A stretch of DNA of 64,000 bases from an uncultured Smithella sp. (GCA_964400795.1 CAYNWA010000001.1:69313-133312); one strand, 5' to 3'; shown: positions 28,696 to 39,053, numbered from the stretch's first letter. The notes: generated by a model not told the origin, from the letters alone. Numbers and translations are program-made.

Positions 28696-29691
28696 ATGTC
28701 CCAAATGGATGTTTATAAGGAGCTTGCAAAAAAATTAATCTTCGAAAATTCACCGGTCATGCTGAAAATCTGGCGCATGCTCTGTAATGAGAGGGAAGCC
28801 AATATCGTTAATTCATTGCCCGCAACTACGGAAGAGCTGGCAACGAAGTTCGGAACTACCGTGGAAGAAATGCAGGGAATCGTGGACAAGTTGTTTAAGC
28901 GCGGCGTGGTTATCGATTCAGTCAAGGGTAACGTAACGACCTACCGGATGCCCAAGCATCCTCTTCAGCTCCACGACTGGACGCTCTCCGGTCCTGACGT
29001 ATCCGAAGAACTTATGGAACTCTGGCGGGAATTTGGAGAAACCGACTACCCTGCCCTGCTGGATCTTCTCTATCAGATCAAATCGCCTGCATTCATGCGG
29101 GTTGTTCCCATTGACGAGTCGATCAGCACAAAAAGCCAGGTCGTTGCATCGGAAGATGCCGTCAAACTTTTACAGTCCGCGTCGACCATCGCCTTGACCG
29201 ACTGTGTCTGCCGTAAGCTCACGAAGAAATGCGACCGGCCTGTGGACGTCTGCCTCCAGCTCAACCGCGCGGCAGAGTTTGCCATCAAACGGGGCACAGG
29301 CAAAAAAATCAGCCTGCAGGAAGGCATAAAAGTTCTGAAACGCGCAAAAGATGCGGGGCTTGTGCACTTTACCGAAAACTCGGCCAACAGGGTGAATATG
29401 CTGTGCAATTGCTGTGACTGCTGCTGCGAACTGTTGAGGTTTGCCAAAGACGCAAAGAACAGGGCAATATTCAACCCGAGCCGTTACGAGGCTTCCGTGG
29501 ATGCGGAGACCTGTACCCTGTGCAACGTATGCGTGGACGCCTGCCCCATGGATGCTATTGAGGCCGATTCGGGAGATGTTGTTGTGGTAAATAAAAACAA
29601 CTGCATTGGTTGCGGAGTATGTGCTCATCTGTGTCCGGCCGACGCCATCTCTCTTGTGGAAGTGAGGTCCGCGGACTTCATCCCCGCGTAA
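28696..29691 (+). CDS. 4Fe-4S dicluster protein with an N-terminal winged-helix-like region and a Cys-rich middle
   Basis: The ATG at 28696 has a GGAGA RBS. The C-terminus reads CTLCNVCVDACP...CIGCGVCAHLCP. A CNCCDCCCE cluster lies upstream of it. Confidence 0.65.
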   Translation: MSQMDVYKELAKKLIFENSPVMLKIWRMLCNEREANIVNSLPATTEELATKFGTTVEEMQGIVDKLFKRGVVIDSVKGNVTTYRMPKHPLQLHDWTLSGPDVSEELMELWREFGETDYPALLDLLYQIKSPAFMRVVPIDESISTKSQVVASEDAVKLLQSASTIALTDCVCRKLTKKCDRPVDVCLQLNRAAEFAIKRGTGKKISLQEGIKVLKRAKDAGLVHFTENSANRVNMLCNCCDCCCELLRFAKDAKNRAIFNPSRYEASVDAETCTLCNVCVDACPMDAIEADSGDVVVVNKNNCIGCGVCAHLCPADAISLVEVRSADFIPA

Positions 29692-29779
29692 AACAGAAGC
29701 TGCACGGCAAGAAAAGATATTATAGCAGAATATATTTAAATTTTTCTAATTAAACCGCGTATTGGGGTTTTTCATTATA

Positions 29780-32700
29780 ATGGAAAAATTTGCAAATTAT
29801 ATTTTACGAGAAAAAATTCATGAAACCCAAAACTCCATTATTTATCGTGGACACAAAGAAAACGAAGCCCAGCAGTTTATCATCAAGCTGCTGAGAACCA
29901 GATATCCAACCCCTTCGGAGATCGCGCGATTCAGGCAGGAATATGATCTGATTAAAGGTCTTGACCTGGAAGGTGTCATCAAGACATTTGATATCATCAT
30001 CCACGGTGACGGATTTGCCCTGATCCTGGAAGATTTTGACGGCATTTCCATCAAAAGCCTCCTGGATAAACAAAAAAGATTTGATCTGAAATCATTGCTG
30101 AGAATATCGGTAAAGATCGCCGAAGCGTTGGGAAGTATTCACGAAAAAGAAATCGTTCACAAAGATATTAAGCCGCACAATATTCTGATCAATCCGACAA
30201 CCGAAATGGTCAAGATCACAGACTTTGGTATCTCTACTCTTCTAACACATGAAAACGATGAGGTATATAATCCCGATTTCATAACCGGCACGTTAGCGTA
30301 TATGTCGCCGGAACAGACCGGCAGGATGAACCGTACCGTCGATTATCGGACAGATCTTTATTCTTTGGGAATCACAATGTATGAAATGCTCACCGGTAAC
30401 CTTCCCTTCAAATCCCAGGACCACGACCCGATAGAGCTCATCCATTCCCATATCGCGGTCATGCCGGAACCTCCTGCCATCTTTGATCCCGGTATTCCAG
30501 AGGTGATTTCGGATATGATCATGAGGCTGCTGGCCAAAGCCCCTGAAGAGAGATATCAGAATGGTTTCGGTTTAATGGCGGATATCAACGAATGCATCAA
30601 ACAATTTGATGAAAAGCAAAATATTGAAATATTCGAGTTGGGAAGGTTCGACATATCCAACAGGTTTATCACACCGCCAAAGCTTTTCGGACGGGACAAA
30701 GAGATAGAGGAATTAATATCCGGTTTCGATGCCGTTGCAACCCAGAAAACGGGAGCTACTGTCATGGTTGTCTCAGGTGCTCCGGGCATCGGAAAATCAG
30801 CGATGGTGAATGAGATTCACAAGTCCATCGTCGCCAGGAAGGGATATTACATATCGGGAAAGTATGAGCAGTTCCGAAGGGACAAGCCGTACAGCGCCAT
30901 TATCCAGGCATTCCAGGTGCTTGCGAAACAGATATTATCGGAAAGCGAGGAACGAATCAGTGTTTGGAGAGATAATCTTTTAAAGGCGCTGGGCACCAAC
31001 GGTAAGGTTATCACCGATGTCATTCCGGAAGTCGAGCTGATCATCGGCAATCAACCGGATTTGCCGACGCTGGGTCCGGAGGAATCCAGGAACAGGTTTA
31101 ACTTTGTATTTGAGAAATTCATGGAAGTGTTTCCTCAAAAGGAACATCCATTAGTCGTCTTTCTTGATGATCTGCAATGGTCCGACCTGGCCAGCCTTCA
31201 ATTCCTGAAAAACATTCTGACCGGATCGGGAATGAATTATTTCTTTTTAATACTTTCCTACAGAGATAACGAAGTGGGTGAATTTCACCAGGTCATGGAT
31301 TTCCTGGGACATGTTGAAAAGAGCAAAGTAAAGGTCAACCGAATAACACTCGGGACTTTAACGGTCAGGAATATAACGGATCTTATCAAATACTTTCTAA
31401 GATGTTCCGAGGAGGAAGGAACGAAACTTGCCGAGCTCCTGGTGAAAAAAACGGGAGGCAATCCTTTTTTTGTAAATCATTGTCTTCAAACGCTGTACAA
31501 TGAAATGTTGATTGTTCATGAAGGTGTCCACGGCTGGCGATGGGATGTGGAAAAGATAAGCCGGATGCAGGTTACAGACAACCTCGTGGATCTAATGGCA
31601 GGAAAAATCGGAAAGCTGTCAAAAGGCACACAGGAGGTTTTAAAAATATGCGCCTGCATCGGAAACAGATTCGATCTGGAAACCCTAGCTGCCGTGCGGG
31701 GCACATCCGTAGATCTGGCCCTTGTAGATCTCACCGAAGCCATCAACGAGGGAATGGTCAGCCATGTCGGGGAAATGTACGTTTTTCATCATGACCGGAT
31801 TCAGGAGGCAGCCTATTCTCTGGTAACGGACGCCGAAAAATCAAATCTTCATTATAAAATAGGAAAGCTGACGCTTGATACAACCGATGACGCTGGGCTT
31901 CAGAAAAAATTATTCTACATTGTGGACCAGTTGAATTTGGGCGTCGATATGATACAAGGCGCGGAGGAGCGGGAGAAGCTCGCAACGTTTAACCTTGATG
32001 CGGGCAAGAAGGCGAAAGCCTCGGCAGCCTATGGTCCCGCGTTCGGTTACCTGCAAAAAGGCATCGGCCTTCTGGAAGATCATCCCTGGCAAAACCAGTA
32101 TGAACTGACCCTGTCCTTATATTCCGAATCCACGGAAGCCGCATACCTGATGGGCGATTTGGACAGAATGAATGAACTTGCCGAGATCACAATCATTAAC
32201 GCGCAAACAACCCTGGATAAGATTAGTATCTATTTGTCCAGGATCAACGCCTGCATGGCCCGGGAGGACTACCAGGGCGCGATCAATGTAGCCCTGCCGG
32301 TGCTTAATCTTTTAGGTTTAAGGCTGCCGCAAAATCCGACACAGCTTCATGTCGGCATGGAATTAATGAAGTTAAAAATCAGGCTCCTGGGAATGAAACC
32401 GGAAGACATCTTGAACCTGCCGAGAATGACCGATCCCGAACGACTTGCGGCGGAAAAAATTATCGTCAGCATCGGACATGCCGCTTTTTACATGAAACCG
32501 AATATGTTGGCCATGGTTATCCTGAGAGGAATAGGAGGATTCCGCTACGGTCTCGCACCCGATCATGCATTCGCAGTTGCCAGTTATGGGATTTTACTCG
32601 CGGCCGGGCTCTGCGACTTCAAAGGATCCATAGCATTCGGTCAATTAGGTTTAAAGCTGATCGACAAGATGGGAGCGCGGGATCAGGAATGCAGGACTAT

Positions 32701-34699
32701 TTTTGTGTATAATGCCATTGTGCGCCATTGGTCTTTCCCGATTCGGGATACCATCGACTCCCTAAGGGACGGTTACAGGATCGGGATGGAAACAGGCGAC
32801 ATCGGCTTTGCTTCATTTAATCTTTTTTTAAGCGATGTCCATGCCCTGTTTTCCTGCATGGAGCTTTCCGAACTCGACAGCATCATGTCCAGAAACAATC
32901 AAACCATTATGGGACTGAATCAGAACTATACCTTGACGCTGCATTCACTGACCTGGCAGTCGGTTTTCAATTTAAGGGGACAGTGCGATGACCCCTTGAA
33001 GGTATCAGGCAAGGCGATCGACGGGGAAACTCTGTTACCGGCATGGGAAAGCGCGAATAACCGCGCCGCTCTCGCCGTGTTCTGGTTTATAAAATTAATC
33101 ATGTGTACTGTCTATAATGATTTTGCCCTTGCGGTAAAAGCTTCCAATCAATTTAAAAAGTACAAAGATGCGATGCAAGGAATCGTTATTAATCTTTATG
33201 CCGTGATGTGCGATTCGATGGCCAGACTTTTCATGTATCAATCCGCAACCCCTGATGAAAAAATAAAATACAGAGTGCTGGTCACCATGAATCAGATTAA
33301 ATTGAAGAAATGGGCAGCCAGTTCCCCATCGAATGGTCTGCACATGTATTATCTGGTGGAAGCTTTACGTACCTGGCTTATAAGTGAAAACATGAAAAAA
33401 GTGGAAACACTTTTTGAACAAGCTATCCATCTATGTAAAAAACACGACGATATCATTATCGAAGGAATTGTCAGCGAGCACGCAATAAAATTTTTTCAAG
33501 CCGCAGGTAATGAAAAAAAGGCAAATGACTTTAAGGCTGCGGCTTATTCCTGCTATTCGCGATGGGGTGCGACCGGTCTTCTGAATAAACTAAACAAGAT
33601 ATATCCCGATATCGTTACGTCCGCCGGAAAAGTGTCTCAGGATACCGGAATGGACACAACAATAACAACAGGTAGTCATACTTTAGCCGCTACTCTTGAT
33701 CTTTCCTCCGCCATGAAAGTTTCCGAGGCCATTACCAGCGAAATCATGCTGGAGCGTCTGCTGCAGAAGATTATGCACATGTCTCTCACCAACGCCGGCG
33801 CTCAGCGCGGATATCTGATTCTGGATACAGACGGTGAATTGACCATTGAAGTCAGTGAAGATGCCGATAAAAAAGAATCCCTGGTGATGCAATCCATGGT
33901 TTTAAAAGACTGCGACGACATCTGCCATGCCATTGTCAACTATGTCCACCATAGCGGGAAGGACGTTGTCCTTGGCAATGCCCTTGATGAAGGTCCCTTT
34001 ACAGACGATCCCTATATCATGCGTACAAAGTGCAAATCGATCCTGTGTTCTCCCTTTATGCACAAGGGTAATCTCGCCGGTATCCTCTATATGGAAAACA
34101 ATCTGAGCACAGATGCCTTTACTCCGGAGCGGCTGAATATGCTCCGCATGTTTTCAGCTCAAGCCGCTATCTCCATTGAAAACGCCAGACTCTTCGAATT
34201 GGCCACGACCGATGGCATGACTAAACTCTATGTGCACCGTTACTTCCAACTTCTTTTGGACAAGGAAATAAAGCGTTCCGGTCGTCACAACAGAAAATTT
34301 TCGCTCATCATGATGGATATCGATAATTTTAAATCTTTCAACGACACCTACGGCCATCAACTGGGCGACGAAGTCCTGAAGGACGTTGCCCTTGTCGTCA
34401 AAAAAAATACACGCGCTGAAGATGTTTCGGCACGCTACGGAGGCGAAGAGTTCGTCGTGATCCTCCCTGAAACTGATGCCCAACAAGCCATGATCGCCGC
34501 AGAGAAGATACGCACGAGTGTCGCCGCGCTTGAAATCCCCTATGAAGATCAAAAATTGAAAGTAACGATCAGCTTGGGAGTATCTACATATCCGGAACAC
34601 GCTATAGAAAAGGACGTCCTTATTCATGCAGCCGACACAGCCCTTTATACGTCGAAACGCAGCGGCAAGAACTGTGTCAGCCTTTATGAAAAACGGTGA
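29780..34699 (+). CDS. multidomain signalling protein: Ser/Thr kinase - AAA/STAND NTPase - TPR-like - GAF - GGDEF
   Basis: Kinase motifs are FIIKLL, HKDIKPHNILI, ITDFGIS and YMSPEQ. The P-loop is VSGAPGIGKS and Walker B is VVFLDDLQW. The GAF-like region lies around EIMLERLLQKIMHMS...GILYMEN. The cyclase has RYGGEEF with RAED (RxxD I-site) 5 residues upstream. Confidence 0.85.
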   Translation: MEKFANYILREKIHETQNSIIYRGHKENEAQQFIIKLLRTRYPTPSEIARFRQEYDLIKGLDLEGVIKTFDIIIHGDGFALILEDFDGISIKSLLDKQKRFDLKSLLRISVKIAEALGSIHEKEIVHKDIKPHNILINPTTEMVKITDFGISTLLTHENDEVYNPDFITGTLAYMSPEQTGRMNRTVDYRTDLYSLGITMYEMLTGNLPFKSQDHDPIELIHSHIAVMPEPPAIFDPGIPEVISDMIMRLLAKAPEERYQNGFGLMADINECIKQFDEKQNIEIFELGRFDISNRFITPPKLFGRDKEIEELISGFDAVATQKTGATVMVVSGAPGIGKSAMVNEIHKSIVARKGYYISGKYEQFRRDKPYSAIIQAFQVLAKQILSESEERISVWRDNLLKALGTNGKVITDVIPEVELIIGNQPDLPTLGPEESRNRFNFVFEKFMEVFPQKEHPLVVFLDDLQWSDLASLQFLKNILTGSGMNYFFLILSYRDNEVGEFHQVMDFLGHVEKSKVKVNRITLGTLTVRNITDLIKYFLRCSEEEGTKLAELLVKKTGGNPFFVNHCLQTLYNEMLIVHEGVHGWRWDVEKISRMQVTDNLVDLMAGKIGKLSKGTQEVLKICACIGNRFDLETLAAVRGTSVDLALVDLTEAINEGMVSHVGEMYVFHHDRIQEAAYSLVTDAEKSNLHYKIGKLTLDTTDDAGLQKKLFYIVDQLNLGVDMIQGAEEREKLATFNLDAGKKAKASAAYGPAFGYLQKGIGLLEDHPWQNQYELTLSLYSESTEAAYLMGDLDRMNELAEITIINAQTTLDKISIYLSRINACMAREDYQGAINVALPVLNLLGLRLPQNPTQLHVGMELMKLKIRLLGMKPEDILNLPRMTDPERLAAEKIIVSIGHAAFYMKPNMLAMVILRGIGGFRYGLAPDHAFAVASYGILLAAGLCDFKGSIAFGQLGLKLIDKMGARDQECRTIFVYNAIVRHWSFPIRDTIDSLRDGYRIGMETGDIGFASFNLFLSDVHALFSCMELSELDSIMSRNNQTIMGLNQNYTLTLHSLTWQSVFNLRGQCDDPLKVSGKAIDGETLLPAWESANNRAALAVFWFIKLIMCTVYNDFALAVKASNQFKKYKDAMQGIVINLYAVMCDSMARLFMYQSATPDEKIKYRVLVTMNQIKLKKWAASSPSNGLHMYYLVEALRTWLISENMKKVETLFEQAIHLCKKHDDIIIEGIVSEHAIKFFQAAGNEKKANDFKAAAYSCYSRWGATGLLNKLNKIYPDIVTSAGKVSQDTGMDTTITTGSHTLAATLDLSSAMKVSEAITSEIMLERLLQKIMHMSLTNAGAQRGYLILDTDGELTIEVSEDADKKESLVMQSMVLKDCDDICHAIVNYVHHSGKDVVLGNALDEGPFTDDPYIMRTKCKSILCSPFMHKGNLAGILYMENNLSTDAFTPERLNMLRMFSAQAAISIENARLFELATTDGMTKLYVHRYFQLLLDKEIKRSGRHNRKFSLIMMDIDNFKSFNDTYGHQLGDEVLKDVALVVKKNTRAEDVSARYGGEEFVVILPETDAQQAMIAAEKIRTSVAALEIPYEDQKLKVTISLGVSTYPEHAIEKDVLIHAADTALYTSKRSGKNCVSLYEKR

Positions 34700-34763
34700 T
34701 TTCCCGGCGGAAAGGTCAAGGGGGTTGAACGTTTAATTCTACTTTTTCCCCGTTTCTTGTTTA

Positions 34764-36593
34764 TCAGGTAAATTTGGATATATAGTGTCTAAACTGTTTT
34801 TTTATGTCCGTGTTTTTTTCTGCGTTATAAAGTCTTTCAAATGTTCCCAGCAGCCACCGGGTGGAATAAGCAAGATCCGAGCACAAATCAACGTAGGTAC
34901 AGGAAGCCAGTTGAGATCCCAGACCGGATAAAGCGTCTATGACCCGTTCTTTATAGCTGAGAGAACCCTTTGTTGAAGGCGTATCCCAGGCCTTTCGAGC
35001 TATATAAAAACTAAATTTCAGAGCATTTAGCTTGGAGGATACTCTTTGAACCGTGTCGTACAGCATGTAAAAAACAACCAGCGGGCTGTTGAATAAAGAA
35101 TCAGGAATTTTCCGATTGGATTCAAACAAATCCGTAATGGACAGAGAGCAAAAGTAATCCATAGAACCGGGATCGCCGTAAGTTAATTCACCTTTGTTCA
35201 AACCATCATTAAAATCAAGTGATCCCGGCAAATTATTAAGACATGTGGGCTGTATGCCAATTTTGTTTTTTATACAAAACTCTGCAATTTTTCTCCCTGA
35301 ATGATCTTCGAATGAATTAAAATAATCGTATGGCAACCCCAGAATGAAAGCTCCATGAACGGAGATACCGTAATCTTGAATTTTTTTGATTCGGGACGAA
35401 TAATATTCCCCAACCGATTGTCCCGATTTTTTAATTTTTGAAGTAATATTTTTCCCGACTATTTCCAGGTTTCTTATATCAAGAGTTTCCAATCCGATAA
35501 AAAAATGCGCTGCACCGGACATTCTGAGTTTTTCAAGAAGTTTTTCATTATCGGCAATTTCAATGCTTACTTGTGCCGCGTAATTGATGGGCAACCGGTT
35601 CTCGATCATTTTATCCAGAATATCATCCAGTTTTTTTCCTCCGACCAGAAGATTGTCGGCTGTAAAAAAATAAAATCTGTTTCTAAAATTGGCGCCGTTC
35701 TTTTGTTTAGTAATAAGCTCATCTGTAAAATCCTCAGGCGAACGGGATGTTAAGCGTCTTTTATCCCTGGGAAACGATGATATTGAGCAGAAACTGCAAG
35801 AAAAAGGGCATCCCAAAAAAGGAGTGGAAACATTCAGTTCGGTCATCAGTGAAAGCAAGGAACCAATCATCGGCACTTTACCAAGAAAACGCGGTCTCAG
35901 TTTGGGAAGTTCGCTGACACGCGCATCTCCCCATATGCCATCTTCAATGGGCGTTTCCCCGACGTATTTAATTTTCAGTTCGGAATTAGCAATATCGGTT
36001 ACTATCTCTTTAAGGATTGTTGAATCCCCCGCTCCCAAAACCTGTGAAACAAGTTCGGGGTGAGGCACGTAGCTGCGGATATAAATGTCTATGTCAAAGG
36101 GGCTCGTCGATACATGGATTCCGCCTATGATAACGGGAATGCGCAACCTGTTTAAGACCAAAGTTGCCGCGCAGGCGGTCTGAAAATTTGAACTCATGGC
36201 GGTGATAAGAACGGCGGCGGGCATTTTCCCTTTCTCGGAGATAATCTGCCCGATCGTTCTACGTTTATCATCAGCAGCGATTATCACTTTCGCTTCTGAA
36301 TCAGCTTTACATAGCTGGTTGGCGATGTAATAAGAGCTGTACGATTCCAGTGACATTTGCTCAAGCATGCCTCTTCTGATCAATTTTTTGTTGAAGGTGA
36401 GGAATGCTGTGAAATTTTTCTCGTTACATTCTTCCAGTTTTTTCCCGGTTAAATATTCAACGGTATCAACAACGGAGAAATTATTCGCTCCGATTTTCTC
36501 CATGAGATTGAATGTCGATGGGGTGTACATAATGTAATATTTATCGGAATTTTTACTACTTTCAGAGACGATGGCAGAAAAACCTTTTGTCAT
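34764..36593 (-). CDS. B12-binding-domain radical SAM protein
   Basis: The radical SAM cluster motif is GCPFSCSFCS (CxxxCxxC). It is preceded by a Rossmann-like B12-binding-type region (AAVLITAMSS...IPVIIGGIHVS). Confidence 0.8.
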   Translation of the reverse strand: MTKGFSAIVSESSKNSDKYYIMYTPSTFNLMEKIGANNFSVVDTVEYLTGKKLEECNEKNFTAFLTFNKKLIRRGMLEQMSLESYSSYYIANQLCKADSEAKVIIAADDKRRTIGQIISEKGKMPAAVLITAMSSNFQTACAATLVLNRLRIPVIIGGIHVSTSPFDIDIYIRSYVPHPELVSQVLGAGDSTILKEIVTDIANSELKIKYVGETPIEDGIWGDARVSELPKLRPRFLGKVPMIGSLLSLMTELNVSTPFLGCPFSCSFCSISSFPRDKRRLTSRSPEDFTDELITKQKNGANFRNRFYFFTADNLLVGGKKLDDILDKMIENRLPINYAAQVSIEIADNEKLLEKLRMSGAAHFFIGLETLDIRNLEIVGKNITSKIKKSGQSVGEYYSSRIKKIQDYGISVHGAFILGLPYDYFNSFEDHSGRKIAEFCIKNKIGIQPTCLNNLPGSLDFNDGLNKGELTYGDPGSMDYFCSLSITDLFESNRKIPDSLFNSPLVVFYMLYDTVQRVSSKLNALKFSFYIARKAWDTPSTKGSLSYKERVIDALSGLGSQLASCTYVDLCSDLAYSTRWLLGTFERLYNAEKNTDIKKQFRHYISKFT

Positions 36594-37067
36594 TTTGACT
36601 ATTCCTCAATGGATTTAATGCACTGTTTAATGGAAACGTTTTCTTTACAATATTCGTTCCGAAAAGGTTAATCTTAAAGCAGGTACCGCCAAAAGAAATG
36701 GCGCTTGAAAAAAATGTAATTTTATAAATTATATTATAAAAATCCCCTTTTTTCATGACAAACATTTTTTCACAAGGCAAGGAGGTGTTCAGTCAAAAAA
36801 CATCGATTAAATTTAAGACTTCTTTCGTTTGTTAATGCCGGTTTGCTGTGGACGTCAGGATGAAGATTGGCGGAATTTTACCCACAAATCTTCAACGACA
36901 AGAGTTTGTCATCGTTGAGCATGAATTAATAAGAACAAGGTTTCATCCGTTGCTGCATGCGCATTTTAACTAAAGTTCTGATAGTAGCAAATATTAATTA
37001 TAGGATGAATAATTGAAAAAATTTCATGAATTGGGAATCATACTTGAAACAACCGTTAGTAGTTTTT

Positions 37068-37108
37068 TTACCACCTAGGGGTGAGGAGCATATACCCCTA
37101 GGTGGTAA
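37068..37108. other. perfect 14-bp hairpin (ttaccacctagggg / cccctaggtggtaa)
   Basis: The arms are 37068-37081 and 37095-37108, with a 13-nt loop. The T-run 37063-37069 lies on one side and attttctt on the other. The hairpin sits 19 nt beyond the stop of the 3D-domain gene. Confidence 0.6.
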
Positions 37109-37126
37109 TTTTCTTAAAGTTAATTA

Positions 37127-37549
37127 CTAATTTATAATGTAAACATACCTTTGTTTACCCTTTAGAAGATCCAGTTCCTCCTTATTTTGCACAAAAGCAT
37201 ATTGTTTTCTTCCAAATTGCAACGCTTTCTTGTACGAATACATAAATATATCTATATTACCATTGTTTTTGCGACTTGTCCTATCTTTGACTACAAAGGT
37301 TCCCATATCACTGATTTTAATTTTAGTTCCTAATTTAAGCCCTTTGCGCTCCAAGTCTCGTGAAACAGCGACCATTCCAGGTTTTACGAACTCACCGGAA
37401 GCTGTTTTCCCTTTATTATGGTAACACTCCTTCAATGTGTACGCCGTTACTGATATTTTGATTTCCTCCGCCCATACACTGCCGGAAAAAATATACACAC
37501 AGATTCCTAAAAGCACCGCTCTCGCTACTAATAGGTTTATTCTTGTCAT
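37127..37549 (-). CDS. 3D-domain (MltA/RlpA-like double-psi beta-barrel) exported protein
   Basis: The ATG at 37549 has a GGAGG RBS and gives the signal peptide MTRINLLVARAVLLGICVYIFSGSVWA. The 3D-domain pattern follows: VTAYT...GKTASG...GMVAVS...GTKIKISDMGTFVVKDR...IDIFM. Confidence 0.75.
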   Translation of the reverse strand: MTRINLLVARAVLLGICVYIFSGSVWAEEIKISVTAYTLKECYHNKGKTASGEFVKPGMVAVSRDLERKGLKLGTKIKISDMGTFVVKDRTSRKNNGNIDIFMYSYKKALQFGRKQYAFVQNKEELDLLKGKQRYVYIIN

Positions 37550-37853
37550 AATGACCTCCTTGTGTTGAAAAGAGCATAATCGCTCTTTTGCACAGATTGG
37601 GTTATGGCTACCTTTGCCTACCCGTAGCTCCTCTATATTAAACACTCTTATTAAAGAGTGGGATATGCTAACTCCTTATTATCATCTCATCAAATCTAGC
37701 TTGGGAAATTTAACAGAGGTATCATAAGAAATGGAGTTTTGATTATAAAGTTGATTTGCATTTAGCAAACTATATATAGTATGTCAAGAAGTATTTGCAT
37801 ACAATATATTGGGAAATATATCAATATTTATAGGAAAGAAAAATAAATTTGCT

Positions 37854-39053
37854 CTAAAAATCCCGGTTCAAATTGCATCGTATTGACTCATCCAAAGGTA
37901 AATACCCGAAACAATTATTACAATTATTACATGTAATTTTTTTGATATCGCCGTTGCGCCAGCTTTTGACAATCATCGGCTGACGTATGAAAGGACGGCA
38001 CAAAGAAACAAAATCAGCTTTTTGCACCCGTACAATTTTTTCCATAGAATTGTAGTTACGCAAACCGCCCACCAAAATCAATGGAGCATCTCCCATGAGG
38101 GGTTTAATATCATTGCATGCCCAGAGATTGTAATCCTCGTAAAAAACATATTGTTCTTCCGGAAATTCCCTTTTCAAAACCATTCGCGTGACAGGCTGAA
38201 TCGGTTTGATCATGACCTTCGCCAACGCCCGTACAGGAACATTACCGCGACATTGATTGAACAGAGAGAAAGAAACAGTGCCACAGGAAATCTCAATCGC
38301 GTCAATGCCAAGATGAACAAGTTTTTGAATATGTCCGGCGGTTTCTTCCAACGTTATACCGGGCTTCGGTGTATGATCTTCAACATTGATTTTCACCGTT
38401 ATCGGATATGCTGACCCGACGGCTTCACGCATTGATTCATATACCCTTTTTAAAAGATTAAATCTTTTTTCCGGGGTTCCACCCCATTCATCTGTGCGCC
38501 GGTTAAAATAGGGTGAAAGAAATTCGCTGATCAGATAACCATGGGCCGCGTGAATCTGAATTCCGTCGAAACCGGCCTTTTGCGCCCTTTTCGCCCCGAC
38601 TCCTAACGTTTTAATGGCGGATAGTATTTCCTGATTGTTCATCGCCCGCGGATAGACCCGGTAAGTTAAATCTGGCCGGCCGGCGGATGGCGCCGGAGGC
38701 CTCAATCCTAGAACCATGGTTTGTCTGCCTCCGTGACATAATTGCGCGAAAATCCTGGAACCGTTTTTGTGAACCATTTCGTTCATGGCGGCAAAACCCG
38801 GAATGGTTGCATCGGAATGAAGGCCGGCCTGGCGGTGGTAACTTTTTCCGTCATCGCTTGTATGGAGCATGCCCGTAATAATCAGGCCGATTTCGCCCTT
38901 GGAAAGCTTTTCGTAAATCTTGATATACTCTTCGCCGATGCTTCCGTCTTTATTGGCGGCGTTTTCAAATGTCGCAGAACGGACAAACCTGTTTTTGATT
39001 GTTACATTCCCTATGTTTTTAGATGTGAACAATATCCGAGTATCCTGATTCAT
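37854..39053 (-). CDS. NADH:flavin oxidoreductase, Old Yellow Enzyme family, with a C-terminal Cys motif
   Basis: Motifs RFVRSATFE, LCHGGRQ and IQIHAAHGYLISEFLSPYFNRRTDEWGG. The C-terminus reads ITCNNCNNCFGY. The ATG at 39053 has an AGGAGGG RBS. Confidence 0.85.
   Translation of the reverse strand: MNQDTRILFTSKNIGNVTIKNRFVRSATFENAANKDGSIGEEYIKIYEKLSKGEIGLIITGMLHTSDDGKSYHRQAGLHSDATIPGFAAMNEMVHKNGSRIFAQLCHGGRQTMVLGLRPPAPSAGRPDLTYRVYPRAMNNQEILSAIKTLGVGAKRAQKAGFDGIQIHAAHGYLISEFLSPYFNRRTDEWGGTPEKRFNLLKRVYESMREAVGSAYPITVKINVEDHTPKPGITLEETAGHIQKLVHLGIDAIEISCGTVSFSLFNQCRGNVPVRALAKVMIKPIQPVTRMVLKREFPEEQYVFYEDYNLWACNDIKPLMGDAPLILVGGLRNYNSMEKIVRVQKADFVSLCRPFIRQPMIVKSWRNGDIKKITCNNCNNCFGYLPLDESIRCNLNRDF

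Noticed and set aside
28339-28704. 121-aa minus ORF in the divergent spacer between the thioesterase and ferredoxin genes
   Set aside because: It has no RBS and its sequence is odd and low-complexity. It overlaps the start region of the ferredoxin gene, so I treat the region as promoter space.
37550-37740. c-di-AMP (ydaO-type) or c-di-GMP (GEMM-I) riboswitch in the leader of the 3D-domain gene
   Set aside because: I checked the minus-strand leader by eye. It has only short AT-rich stems and one GGCAAAGG-like stretch. The conserved cores I remember for either class are absent.
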